Shown here piece by piece: positions 10,188 through 21,486 of a stretch of DNA of 64,000 bases. Made by a program: the position numbers and the translations under genes. Source of the stretch: Epithemia pelagica. Its lineage: Eukaryota; Protista; Bacillariophyta. Every line of letters begins with the position of its first letter. Position 1 is the stretch's first letter. Under the pieces are notes generated by a model. It saw only the letters and a program-made list of their open reading frames with translations, had not been told where the DNA came from and searched no databases. Where the stretch lies: positions 434,001 to 498,000 of the forward strand of contig OX337238.1 of assembly GCA_946965045.2 (NCBI GenBank), given 5' to 3'.

Positions 10188-12884
10188 TTGATCCTACGCG
10201 CTACAGCTCTGTGGCAGATACTTTTTCGTGCAATGGGCTGGATGCAAATGTCCGTCGACCAACGTTCCAGACATCTTCCATGTCCGATGCGAAGAATCTG
10301 GTCCAGTGTCGTCCGTATGCACGTACTGCTTGTTCTGCTGATGAGCTTTTATGGCAAGAAAGGGCTTATAAGCGGATTTTCCCCGGTAAAAGGGAACAAG
10401 GGCCCGTGGATCCATGGAGGACTGGTTTCCTCTCCGTCTGGCATGAGTTCCCAAACAAGAACGACGGAACACTGGTCTCGGCTGCATGTTGCGGTTGACC
10501 CGATGCGAGACCAGGAGAACAAGAGAGTGGACCTTACGAAGAATGGACGAATGAGGCAGGAGACTACTCTCAACTATAGACGACGTGTCAATCCACGTGG
10601 TCGTTCGTTGCCGCAAGCGTTTCCAACCCAGCCAGTTGTGGACAAATCCTTCAAACGCCGACACGGCAAAGAGACAGCCGAACGAAGTAGATCTGCCGTA
10701 TTCATTGAAGCTCAGTTGATAAGTGCATCCGATGCTCTTCGAACATGCATCTCTCGAACGCCCCCAACAGAGCTCCATCGTCTCCATCCAATCAGTTTCC
10801 CGTCGGTCCGTGAATGCAACGAAGCACTGGCCGCCTTTGGAGATGCGGGTGACTTGTTGCGGGCGCTTCGACTCTTTGGCAAAATGAGAAAACTCAAACA
10901 GCTCAAAGAACGACTGTCCAGTATCAGTACCTCCTCGACGCTGGGTTCGATCCATAAGATTCCGGTCCCATCGCTGGTGACCTACTCCACCTTGATGTCG
11001 CGCGCTGTCAAATTGAGCAAACCGCGTGTCGCTCTGCGCCTCTGGGATATCATGTGTCCGACCATAACACCGGACGTGAAAGCAGCCAACATTCTCATGA
11101 ACTGCTTTGCCAAATTGGCCAATGTCGAGCGAGCCAAGCAATTGCTGCAGGAAATCAAAACGGGAACGGGGCCAACCATTTCCACAGCCTTGACGCCCAA
11201 TCTGGTGACTATCAACACCTTGTTGGATGCCTGTCACAAGGCGGGAGATTTGGATTCGGCGCTCGAGGTTCAACTGGAACTCGATGCCCTCGGAATTCGG
11301 CCCGATGCTCGTACGTATACCACCCTGATTGCGACCGTGGCACGGGGAAAAAGTCAACATTCTGGAAAGAATGATCCGAGTCTTGCCTTTGCGCTGCTCG
11401 AAGAAATGCGGGAGAAACACATTCAACCGAATGGAATGACGTACTCGGCCTTGATTGACGTATGTGGTCGATGTCGACGGAGTGATTTGGCACTGCAGGG
11501 ATTGCGCATAATGATGCGACAAAAAGCACAGGAACAAGCTGCTTGGAAGAAACAGACGACTGGGAGCTTTCTATCCAACAACAATTACTATACTCTGCCA
11601 AATGAGGTCGGAGCCTGGACGGCTGCGATTGATGCTTGCGGCAAAGCGAAGCGAATTGAAACGGCCACGAAACTCTTTTATGCCATGCCGAATTTTGGTT
11701 GCGAACCAAATACCATCACGTGCGGTTGCTTGACGGATTCACTGCTTCGGGCAGGTCGCACGGCGGAAACTCTGAAGGTTCTCCGCTATATGAAGCGAAA
11801 CGACATTGAACCCAGTGAAGTCATGTATACTTCACTCATGACTCGGGCGGACCGATTGGTGCAAATGGAAAACAACTACACCACATGGGCCGTGGGCAGT
11901 ATGGAGCAGACAGATAGTGAGCAGGACGATCCCATGGGCTCCAACGAGACTAGCGGAACAAAAGCCATTGAGGTTTATACGGAGCTGATGCTCAGTCTCA
12001 TTGCAACGCAGTCTTTTCCAAATCAACGGCTTCGTCGAAGAATGCCGCGGGGAGGAACCGGCTCGGATAGTCATGGAGGTCGTCCCGAGAAGGACAACAA
12101 CTCGGCTGTACTGGTCAAGGTATTTTTGGTCTTTCAACAAATGAAAGCATCCGGCGCTGTTCCAGACATTGCTTGCTACAACGCTCTCCTCAAGGCGTGT
12201 GCACGCGCTGGTGAATTTAGCCACGGTATGAGAATTATGGAAGAACTAGAATCGCATCAGGAACTGGAACCAAACGACAAGTCGTGGAGGGAATTGCTCA
12301 AAGCTGCCTCTGTGGTTGGGCGCAGTGATCTCGCGCTACAGGTATGGAACCGAGGCCTCTTGTATCACCAAAAAGGAAAAAGCTCGAAACAAAGTGTCAA
12401 CAACACCAGCACTGCCAGCAACAAGGACGCAGCTGGATGGGTACCCAGCATTCCCGCATTTTCCGAATTCCTCTCTGCGTTTGTGGCAGAAGCCGAAAAG
12501 ACAACGAATCCCAGAAAGTGCAAGGATCTTCTTACGAACGTTGTTCAGTTCTACTGCAAAATTCTGCTGCACGACGACAATGCATTCGATGAAGATGGTA
12601 TGCATCTTATTGACCAGACTTTGTTGTTGGCGAATCGCCGGGCTATGTTGCTCATTTTGCGTGCTACTGTAAACTTGCGAGACATGTACGGTGCTTCGAC
12701 GGAACAAGGGAAGAGAATGGAGAAGTTATCAAAATCGATTATTCAACTGGAATCTTTTGAGGATATTAGATCACAACGTCTTTCTTGGAGGTCCTTTCAA
12801 GCTTTGGAGGAGGCTCAATCCTGGCTTTCGTTGCAAGACGCGCCACCTCTGTCGAAACACACATCAACCGGAAAGAGGGTATAA
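10188..12884 (+). CDS. Pentatricopeptide repeat (PPR) protein, probably organelle-targeted
   Basis: Repeated PPR motifs (PSLVTYSTLMSRAVK, PDVKAANILMNCFAK, PNLVTINTLLDACHKAG, PDARTYTTLI, PNGMTYSALIDVCGRC, PDIACYNALLKACARAG). True start is uncertain; MHVLLVLL...SG-FSPV looks like a plastid presequence. Confidence 0.93.
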   Translation: MILRATALWQILFRAMGWMQMSVDQRSRHLPCPMRRIWSSVVRMHVLLVLLMSFYGKKGLISGFSPVKGNKGPWIHGGLVSSPSGMSSQTRTTEHWSRLHVAVDPMRDQENKRVDLTKNGRMRQETTLNYRRRVNPRGRSLPQAFPTQPVVDKSFKRRHGKETAERSRSAVFIEAQLISASDALRTCISRTPPTELHRLHPISFPSVRECNEALAAFGDAGDLLRALRLFGKMRKLKQLKERLSSISTSSTLGSIHKIPVPSLVTYSTLMSRAVKLSKPRVALRLWDIMCPTITPDVKAANILMNCFAKLANVERAKQLLQEIKTGTGPTISTALTPNLVTINTLLDACHKAGDLDSALEVQLELDALGIRPDARTYTTLIATVARGKSQHSGKNDPSLAFALLEEMREKHIQPNGMTYSALIDVCGRCRRSDLALQGLRIMMRQKAQEQAAWKKQTTGSFLSNNNYYTLPNEVGAWTAAIDACGKAKRIETATKLFYAMPNFGCEPNTITCGCLTDSLLRAGRTAETLKVLRYMKRNDIEPSEVMYTSLMTRADRLVQMENNYTTWAVGSMEQTDSEQDDPMGSNETSGTKAIEVYTELMLSLIATQSFPNQRLRRRMPRGGTGSDSHGGRPEKDNNSAVLVKVFLVFQQMKASGAVPDIACYNALLKACARAGEFSHGMRIMEELESHQELEPNDKSWRELLKAASVVGRSDLALQVWNRGLLYHQKGKSSKQSVNNTSTASNKDAAGWVPSIPAFSEFLSAFVAEAEKTTNPRKCKDLLTNVVQFYCKILLHDDNAFDEDGMHLIDQTLLLANRRAMLLILRATVNLRDMYGASTEQGKRMEKLSKSIIQLESFEDIRSQRLSWRSFQALEEAQSWLSLQDAPPLSKHTSTGKRV

Positions 12885-13984
12885 AATGTCATAGTGCCCC
12901 GGGCGATACAAGAGAGTCAGATCCAGAGCAGAATTCTCAGCCCCTACCGTATGTTTTGTCAGGCGACCATTGGTCAAATCATGGCCATCCATGTATTCCA
13001 CGTTCACTTTTACACCGAACTTTGGTTTGGTGTATTACCAATCGCAGTTTGATGTAAATCGAGATGAATACACAAAGAAGGGGGAAAGGGAGATGGTGAA
13101 TTGTCCTGTTCTGGATATCAAATGTTTCGTCAATCCCATTATACTTACCGCTTCTGCCAATGCCAAGGCTTGGAGCATATCGCACTCTTTTCCCTGAAAA
13201 ATATTTTGAAGCAATCGGTGAGGTAGACTCATTGAGAAAAATAGAGCAACGGTATAACCTAAAGTGTTCTTCTCTCGAATGATTGAATACAACTTACCAT
13301 TGGTTCCACTTCACGTTGACAAAACTGCTGTACATCAAGACCTGGTGTTTCAATAAAGGGAAGGAACCTCTCTGGATCCGATTTGAGATGTGATGCCGTA
13401 ATAACTCTCATGTACCAAGTACAATAGTCGGAAGTGGCATTCTCTTCATTCATTTCCGTGTGCAATTCCTCCAATTTCGTCAATTGTCCCGTCGTCACAC
13501 GTTCTAGTAATTCCACAATGGCCTCGTGAAACATATCAATTGTCATTTCGTCGTATCCATTGGCAACTGCAATCTTTAGACTCTCATTTTTCAACCACGA
13601 AGCAATCCGTTCACCTTCCTTTTTGATTGCTTCTGACTCTGTCGATGACTGCTGATGTTGAAGAATCTTTTCGACGAGACTGTACAAGAAAGCGCGATAA
13701 TAACAGTTCCCGTCCCCACGAACCATTCGTATATGACCGCACTGTGTCTTGAGAGCCGTCACCCCCGCTCGAAAGTTGCTCGTCACTTCTTCGGTTTCAT
13801 ACTGCTTGTCCAATTCGGAAATGGGGCAAAGATCCGACGTTAACGGTTGTTCTCGAACACGACGTTCAATTTCTTCCATACGGGCATCATTCTGACGATT
13901 CAGCTCCGCTGTGTCGTCTGGAACTACCTTTGTGGTTCCTTCGTTCTCTGCCTCTTCGGACATGCTTTTGCGTTTCGTTGTCAT
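12864..13984 (-). CDS. OTUB1: Otubain (OTUB1-like) ubiquitin thioesterase, 3 exons
   Basis: IRMVRGDGNCYYRAFLYSL catalytic motif. Exons 13984(or 13963)-13298, 13193-13149 (GKECDMLQALALAEA) and 13019-12864 (FGVKVNVEYMD...LLYRPGHYDILYPLSG*), joined by in-frame GT-AG introns. Confidence 0.92.
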
Positions 13985-14306
13985 TGAGATCCCCAGTTGG
14001 TCGAGCTGTGTGGTGCCGCGAGATTCGAGATGGTGCTTTGGTCGCGTACAAACTTCGTGAAGCTGCTGAGATAGTGGTCGCACACATATTTCGTGCACTG
14101 AATCAATGGATGGAAAAGCCATCAGATCTGTATTGATGTCTGTGTCGGAAGCAACCATGGTGGCCAATGGCTGTGTGGAACCGTCACTCTATCATCCATC
14201 CACATGGACCACGAAAGATTCTACCTTTGTTGGATTGCCAAGTGGCGAGTCTTGCTATAACTATCCAAAACGGTCAAAGGAAAAGTCGAGTTATCCTCAC
14301 TGCTTC

Positions 14307-15128
14307 ATGATCGGTCGTATCTTTCTCCTCCTCCATGTTGGGATCATCGCTCTTTCGTGGCCCACTGGTACTCATGGTTTCATGACACGACCAATTCGGG
14401 AAGAGACGAGAATTCCGTCGGCTCTTCGTGCCGCAGCCAAGCGTAGTAAGAAAAAAGGGGCCTCCACAGCATCGAGTACACGAGGGTTTGGTACCAAACC
14501 ATTGTCCTTTGAACAAGTGGTGGCCCAGTTCCCCACACGATTACCTCCAAATGCCTTGGATTTACCATGTCCTTGCCAAAAGCATTCGAACCCACGACAA
14601 CCAGAAGCAGAAGGAACAGACTTGATCACATACCGAGAATGCTGTGCACCCTACCATGACGGAGAGAAACTCCCCGAATCGCCCGAACGGGTCCTTCGAT
14701 CACGGTATTCGGCCTTTCGCTATCGAAATATACCCTATATTTTGAAAACCACGCATCCAGACTGCTCAGACTACCAAAGCGACAAGATCAAATGGGCCAA
14801 GGATATGAATAAAGGCGGCATGTTTGATGGATATGACTTTGTGGGACTGGAGATTTTGAGCGACACGGTTTACAGCGATGAGAACAGCGCGGAGGCCTTT
14901 CTCGAGTTTCAAGTTCGACTCGCAAAACGCAACGACAGTCCTATTACCAAATCCACGGATGTGACGTCAGACGCAGAAGAGGTTATCGTTGCAGAGAAAT
15001 CGCGATTTCTCAAGGCATCGAAAGAAACAACAGAAACATCACCTACAAGGGCAAATGATAGTGAAGAAGGACCAGCTGTTCCTACGAGTGGATGGCTTTA
15101 CGTTAGTGGTGATATAGTGATGAAATGA
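14307..15128 (+). CDS. YchJ/SEC-C (UPF0225)-like protein, probably plastid-targeted
   Basis: CPCQ...YRECCAPYHDG...PERVLRSRYSAF, YILKTTHP, VEFQV..E.SRF motifs. Likely start MIGRIFLLLHVGIIALSWPTGTHG-FMTRP. Confidence 0.85.
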   Translation: MIGRIFLLLHVGIIALSWPTGTHGFMTRPIREETRIPSALRAAAKRSKKKGASTASSTRGFGTKPLSFEQVVAQFPTRLPPNALDLPCPCQKHSNPRQPEAEGTDLITYRECCAPYHDGEKLPESPERVLRSRYSAFRYRNIPYILKTTHPDCSDYQSDKIKWAKDMNKGGMFDGYDFVGLEILSDTVYSDENSAEAFLEFQVRLAKRNDSPITKSTDVTSDAEEVIVAEKSRFLKASKETTETSPTRANDSEEGPAVPTSGWLYVSGDIVMK

Positions 15129-15323
15129 CCTACTGGTACACATCAACGGGCTGCTAAGGAACGAGTACGTTGTAATCTTGGTAATGAACATTTATATATC
15201 TCTACAGTATACGTATTCAATGACAATGTGCCAGACCATAACTCCCGCTTGTTGCTGCATTGCATCAAAACCCATCCTCACGTCAATGGAGGTTCATGTA
15301 GCTCCAAAGGCCTTCCTTTCGTA

Positions 15324-16979
15324 CTATAGAAGCAGTTCTTTGGTGTTTTCTTCTCTTGGTCTCCCTGTTTGTAGTTGAGGATCGAATACACCCTCGGTAC
15401 TACCAAAATCCATTGTGTCCTCTTCCACTAATGAATCCCCTTCTTCGATATCCGGTCGAGCGGGAGGTCTGGACACTTCTGCTGCTGAGCTTGTGGGAAC
15501 TGGCCGACATACCAAGGATTCATCAAAGGGCTCTTCGTCGTCGTCTTCTTCGTCATCCTCATACAAGGCAGTATCTCTTTCTTGCGTCATGGCAAGCGCT
15601 CGCGCCGCCGATCGTTCCGACTGACCCACGGGGATCATTCTCACTTTGCCCAAATTTCGGGCATTGCAAATTTCGCAGGTGGCACTCGTGCATTTGTGCA
15701 CGTCCAACTTGCTGTGTTGCAAGGCGAGATTGTGCATATCGGCCGTCATGTACGACTCGCCACCTCCCGACATGCCGCCGGCGGTGGTGTTGCCATTGGA
15801 CCAGGTCGTTCTCAGGGATTTCAAGTCATCTTCTAGTTTGTCTTCCATTTCTTTTTCTTTGCGACGACACCGGCGGAGCAAGAGGAGGAGAAGAAGCAGG
15901 AGTAGCAAGAGCAGCCCCAGCAAGGCCCAGGCAGCCGGAGAAAGACCACTTTCCGTCTCGGAAAGAGCTTCCGGAGTGCCCAGAATACCATTTGCCCCAT
16001 TGGTGTTGGCCCCATTGCCATTTGCCCCATTGACAATCCGGACCACCGTCACGGCACTGTAGTCGTCGTCGGCATCATCATCGGGATCCGCCCCCTCTTG
16101 AGGGGGCGGAAAGCTGCCGGCCCAGTTGTTGACATAATCGATATACTCGTCCTCGCTCATTACACCACTTCGTGTGGGTGGTGTCGTAGTCGTGTCGGTG
16201 GAATCCAACGACCCCAACACGAGCGTTTCTACCGTATTCGCGTCGCATCCACCATTGACTTCCACCGAGTGCCACACGTTGAGACTTCCCGAGTACGGAA
16301 AACATGTTCCGGGAGTCACACCTATACAATACGAATTGGTATCATCCGCAATCAAGGAGTCGGGAATCGAGACGGAGAAACCAAGAATGCAGGTATTGCT
16401 ATCGCAAATCTCTTGTGCGAGGAGCTCAATATTGGCGGCATCGCAGGCTGTGGGAATCGTGTCGTTAATGTAGATTGGATTGACCGTCACATTCACGGTT
16501 TCCACTTCGTAGAAAAAATCAACGGGGGTTTGCGTGGTATTTTCCGAGTCATAGGTGCCATCTTCATTTTCGGTGGTACGTGGAACACGGCAAGTCACAG
16601 TGGCACCGGACCCTGGTTTGGAACCTCCCGTACTGGTAAATACATCATCATCATCATCATCCGAAGCAGCATCGTCTCCATGCGCCATGAGTTCAATCCA
16701 TTGCAAGTCTCTGTTGTGTCACCACCCAACCGAATGTGAGACATGGACTCGCCAAAAATACAGTGGCACTTGGATCGATACAAAAAAGGCACATAACGTG
16801 CTCTCCTTTGCACTACACACATGTTCGGGAACGTACCGTTTGGCATTCGGAATGATTTGTACGTATCCATGACGATGCAGATTGTTTCTTCCTTCCGGAA
16901 AGAGTTCTATACTTTCTGTTGCTTGTGTCGAAGCAATCGAAGCGATGAGGATCGCTAGACAAAATCTCAGGCGCTCCAT
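15324..16979 (-). CDS. Type I membrane protein: signal peptide, RXL-ending propeptide, Cys/acidic ectodomain, TM, cytosolic DVHxCxSATCxxC motif (2 exons)
   Basis: Exon 1 16979-16837 (MERLRFCLAILIASIASTQA...PNAK+CG); intron 16836-16711 (GTACGT...CAACAG); exon 2 16710-15324, giving ...NAKRDLQWIE.... TM AAWALLGLLLLLLLLLLLLL followed by RRCRRKEKE. Confidence 0.8.
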
Positions 16980-17798
16980 TGCCGCGATATATATTTGTAG
17001 AAACAACTTTCAATGGGTGCTCTAATGGCTTGAATGGCACCAATATACAATAGAATGAATGAAATAGAAAAAACAGCGCGCACCCTCGTTTGTATGTCCC
17101 TTTTAGCCTTCTTGGCCGTTGTTGATTGCAACAGAGAGGTTGAGACGGGTGGCCTTCGGAGCGATCCAGAAAAGGAGAGACGGTGGAGATGTTTGTGGTT
17201 TTTGGTGGGGTTTGTGTCTTGAGAAAGAAAAATTTGACTGCTTGGCACGAGAAGGCAACCCTGGCCTAACGCGGGCACGCTCGTGTCTAAGTATCGATGC
17301 CAGGCCAACGTATGAGCCGTTGGGTCTCTCGACTCGAAACAAGATTGGAAGGAGTAAGGAGTCGAACTTTTGTTAAGCCCAATGAACCCGTATACCCCGA
17401 CGATCGAAAAGTTCCCGTATTGTAGAAGCTACAAGCTCAATTACACTACTTAGGTCATAGTATGTGCAACGGTGTGACATGGTCTACTTATCCAACGGAT
17501 ATTCAACGGAAAAATGGATGAGATTGTGCCCTCAACGCGCATCGAAAGTCCTATAAGCACCTCATCCCTCCATATCCAACAATGTCGGTACCACAATTTG
17601 ACTTCCGTTGTTTGTTTGAACAATCGCCCCGGTCTCCCTCGCTTCCCTCCCTTCCCAATTCGTTCACAATATAATATGGGAACAAGTCCGATCGTCTTCT
17701 CCTGATCCCCTCATTTCTTCTCATTGCAATGGTCGTCGAATCGTCTTGTGCGTCCTCTGCTGTATGGGACAATCCATGGCCTGCACCAATCACCATCG

Positions 17799-18022
17799 TA
17801 CAAGTGCGGGAGAGGAAAACAACCGAAACAATGCATGTCTCTTTTGGTAGTCAGCGTTTGGAATCATCCTACTGTACACGACACTGTTTTGCGATTGCAG
17901 GTCAAACTTCTACAAGTACGGGAGAGGAACACAACCGAAACAATCCATGTTTCGTTTGGTAGTCAGCGTTAGGAACCATCCTACGGTACACATAACTGTT
18001 CTTGCCATTGCAGTTCAAACCT
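17799..18022. repeat. Diverged tandem duplication, ~112-bp unit x2
   Basis: TACAAGTGCGGGAGAGGAAAACAACCGAAACAATGCATG... at 17799 and TACAAGTACGGGAGAGGAACACAACCGAAACAATCCATG... at 17911. Confidence 0.9.
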
Positions 18023-18709
18023 CTTGTTGTCCATGGCGTTGCAATTATTTCCTGGCGTGGTGTCTGTGCAAAAAGAGTCAACCGCCGTTGCCATGCCGCA
18101 ACTTGTGTGTAGAGCTGTGTAGGATGGATCGTTTCTCTCATTGGCCAACCCAGTTCTCCGGGGACAGAATCACATTCGGATGAGCTGTCGTTTCCAGAAA
18201 CATGCCCCAATCGCTGGGAGAACGAAGCTCTCATCAGGAGTCTCCGCCAAACGATTGGTGGCGTTCCTATTACTCTTGGTGATCTTATTGGTGGAGTATT
18301 TTTTGAGATTTGTCCCTTGCACGTTCCATCTCAAGGCCTATTAGGGAACCGAGTACTCTAGGAAGAAGGAGTATTCTAGCATAGATCTATTGTAGGTAGC
18401 CCTTCGAGAGAGACGCTGCCATTGCCTTTGTTTGTTTGCCGAAGGGCTACCAAAGGAGACTACCTATGAGACTACCTATAGATACTCCTCTCCTTTTGCT
18501 ACCCATCGCAGGTTGCCCTCCTCATTTTTGGGGCCCCTCGGTCGGTCGCACGTCCACGCACATCTGTTCGCGATGACTCAACAGCCGTCTCCGACAGAAT
18601 TCTTCTTCCACAGAAAAACTTGAACATCTTGTAACGGAGAGAGCATTCATTCGTTGTGTTGCCTGTCCAAAGGTCATTGGAGTAGGATACTGGCTGTTGG
18701 AATCAAATA

Positions 18710-19885
18710 GTGGTATTCGTCATGGAGCTCGCGAGTCGAATTGCCGCCGTGCTTCTAGTGGTCACGTTGCATGGCTCGGTCCAGACGACGACCGGTTTCA
18801 CACCCTTGGCCTCCGTGGACCGACGGACAACCACAACCACAAGAGGGTCTTTGCCATTTCTGAATGTTGGCAAAGATTCGGCGAGGGGGAAATGGCAAGG
18901 AAACCGCTGGCCATGGACCGTCGTGATGGCGAGTCCTACCGTCCCCGAGTTGGTCGTATCCGACGAAGCCGGAGAATCGACGACGACGCACGCTCATGAC
19001 GACAAGTTGTGGAAGGATATGTTGGATCGTTTTCAAGGCGATTTTGACAATTATCATCAAGTGGTGAGGGATCGACAAGAGGGAAAGCTTCCTCGAGAAG
19101 GGGGAGGTCACGAACACATTCATTGTACATTAATACCCGTGACGAAAGATAGCCGATTGGCGGCATTTTATTTTGATGGTCAACCCCGAGCGATTTTCCG
19201 ATTTCGATACTACCATCTCCAGCCGAGTACCGTTTCTTCTTCCAGTAAAAGTGGTCCAACGGTGCCGGCGGTGGAAACTTATCTTTATACGCTGCATCCC
19301 GATTTGGAAGTGCAACTGCGACAGGCCTCGTGTCCCATGGAATGGCCCCAACTCTTTCGGCAATTTCAGTCGGACGACGATAAAGTTCGGCTTTTGGAGT
19401 CCTGTCAAGTTCGATGGACCTATGAACTAGATGCCAAACAACATTCGTACGTTCCCGACGAAAAGAAGAACAATGGTGGCATTCACGCTGTCATGGTACA
19501 TGGAGAAGCCTTGGTGGACTCTCAAATGATTCCGGGCCACAAAATTCTTATTCGTGACCAATTGTCGTTGTGGACGGATGAGTTGTGGATTCATGACCGG
19601 GGTCATGACCCCCAAACAATGGCCTTTATCTATGGGAATCAACGGGGAATACCCTATCGATTACGGCGTGTTTCCAACATTCGTGAAAAAGCTGTGGTCC
19701 CTTCCAAGGATAATGAAGCTCTTCCAAAGGAAGAATCTCTCACTCGTTCCGTGGTCGAGTCGGATGACTTGGCATGGACATTGGGGCCAGAGTTTCGAAC
19801 AGAATCTCTTTACGAGGAGAAGATCAATGCAATGGGAGGTCCCTCTCGAGGCGCGAATGGGCCTCCAGGTAGAAAGAACAAATAA
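18710..19885 (+). CDS. CpcT/CpeT (T-type bilin lyase / CRUMPLED LEAF)-like protein, probably plastid-targeted
   Basis: RFQGDFDNYHQV, HEHIH, FRFRYY and LWIHDRGHD...IYG...PYRLRRV resemble the CpcT/CpeT barrel. Signal-like N-terminus ending TTG-FTPL. Confidence 0.7.
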   Translation: MVFVMELASRIAAVLLVVTLHGSVQTTTGFTPLASVDRRTTTTTRGSLPFLNVGKDSARGKWQGNRWPWTVVMASPTVPELVVSDEAGESTTTHAHDDKLWKDMLDRFQGDFDNYHQVVRDRQEGKLPREGGGHEHIHCTLIPVTKDSRLAAFYFDGQPRAIFRFRYYHLQPSTVSSSSKSGPTVPAVETYLYTLHPDLEVQLRQASCPMEWPQLFRQFQSDDDKVRLLESCQVRWTYELDAKQHSYVPDEKKNNGGIHAVMVHGEALVDSQMIPGHKILIRDQLSLWTDELWIHDRGHDPQTMAFIYGNQRGIPYRLRRVSNIREKAVVPSKDNEALPKEESLTRSVVESDDLAWTLGPEFRTESLYEEKINAMGGPSRGANGPPGRKNK

Positions 19886-20055
19886 GCTGTTAATAGAAAT
19901 ACTATACCTGAGCTGTGCTATGCATGAAACTACCTTTAGTTCATCGCTGAGTACCGAAGTATGAAGAATCTTCGTTAGACTTTTCCTTTTTATCGTATCC
20001 ACGTTATCTGATTTTACATGCGCGAGATACCAGTCATCCAACGTGACGTTTCTCC

Positions 20056-21168
20056 TCACCACGGCAACCATTTTCGCCATTGAAGCCGTCGCAGTCGGCT
20101 CTTCCTCTCATCGATATCAGCCATTATCTGGTCCACGGATCGATGGCTGTTTCCTCTTCGAAGTTCATCTTCCAAGTAGGATATTTCATCCTGGAGTTCG
20201 GCTACTTTGAGTTCCATCTCTGACACATGAAAGGAAACCTTTTGCGTAGCTGCAGGATCTGCGACAGGATGGTAATGCCACAGAGAGTATGGATTCACCT
20301 TATTCAGCAAGGGATCTACCGTCTCAGATTCCAGACTGGGCGCGGATGTACTGTTTTCTTCGTCCTCCTCCTCAACTATTGGAAACTCCACGGTTACGCA
20401 ACTTTGAACAGGAAGCTGATTGGCTGTTTGAGGCAAGATGCTTTGGGGGGTTGCCGGTGTGTTGAGCGAGAGGGCCATGGTTTCATCCACAAGAGCAACA
20501 GCTTCGGACCCATCTGTGGATGTACCGCTCTCTTCATGAAAGACCCGTACGCGAATGGGAACTATTCTGTCCTTTGATTCCTCTTTCGCAATGCGCTCTT
20601 GATTCTCTCGTGCGTCCAGAGGCATTTCCCCTAATAGTGCGTGTGGTAAGGCTGATTCTTGGACTCCGATTTGTTCTGGATATGGAACAGAACTCCATTC
20701 CGGTGAACCAAAATGAATCCTGAGCTTTTTCTCCATATCGGAACTCAATAATGAGAGCAAGTAAGGCCTCGTACTGTCATTGGAAATTGCAAACCAAGTA
20801 CAAAAATAGGGAACCATTGTGGCGGCCAAAAAATAGCCCGTGTACACAACGGACTGAGGCCATGGTTTTTCCTCGGGAGGCTTTTTCGATGGATCGCCAG
20901 GAGGTGGTCCGTCGTACAGCGACTTATTTTTCTGCTTATAGTCTTGCCAGGATCTCCTCGAAATTACTCGCGGAGGTTGCGGTTTGGGAGTCACTTTTTT
21001 CGAAGACGAGGTAGTTGTTGTGGATGATGACGAGGAGGAGGAAGAAAAGGATCGCCTCTTTGTCGACCGTGCGCCAAGAGATCTTGGCGGACAGTACCTG
21101 CGACAGATACTATTCTGGTGGACTGTACAGAGCCCATTGAAGGGTCGACTGTGGATATAGAAAGTCAT
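20056..21168 (-). CDS. Uncharacterised, probably mitochondrial, single-TM protein with C-terminal coiled coil
   Basis: Likely ATG 21168; R/S-rich acid-free N-terminus; hydrophobic VVYTGYFLAATMVPYFCTWFAI; C-terminal heptads MELKVAELQDEISYLEDEL. Confidence 0.65.
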   Translation of the reverse strand: MTFYIHSRPFNGLCTVHQNSICRRYCPPRSLGARSTKRRSFSSSSSSSSTTTTSSSKKVTPKPQPPRVISRRSWQDYKQKNKSLYDGPPPGDPSKKPPEEKPWPQSVVYTGYFLAATMVPYFCTWFAISNDSTRPYLLSLLSSDMEKKLRIHFGSPEWSSVPYPEQIGVQESALPHALLGEMPLDARENQERIAKEESKDRIVPIRVRVFHEESGTSTDGSEAVALVDETMALSLNTPATPQSILPQTANQLPVQSCVTVEFPIVEEEDEENSTSAPSLESETVDPLLNKVNPYSLWHYHPVADPAATQKVSFHVSEMELKVAELQDEISYLEDELRRGNSHRSVDQIMADIDERKSRLRRLQWRKWLPW

Positions 21169-21486
21169 GGTGGTGGATCTTTCTCGCACAAAATGATTCT
21201 TGGGGTGGACTTGCTGGTGGTTGACGATTGACGATTGATGATGATGGTTGATTGATGTGATGTCTGTATGACGGCGGGGGAACGGCGAATGGAAGACGCA
21301 TCGACTGACGGACGGGAGGATCTTTTGTTTTACAACTGACAGAAGATATTTTGTCAGTGAAAGCAGCTTTTTTGTTGTCGTTGCATTGCAAAACACAGTG
21401 TGGTGGCAAGTTGCGAGGATTGTGTGCCATTGTTTCAAAAGAACGCTTCAGGTGAACCCAAAAGCAACGCCAGAAACGAGTGTGTC

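Noticed and set aside
10194-11537. 447-aa minus-strand ORF
   Set aside because: Antisense to the PPR gene; no independent evidence.
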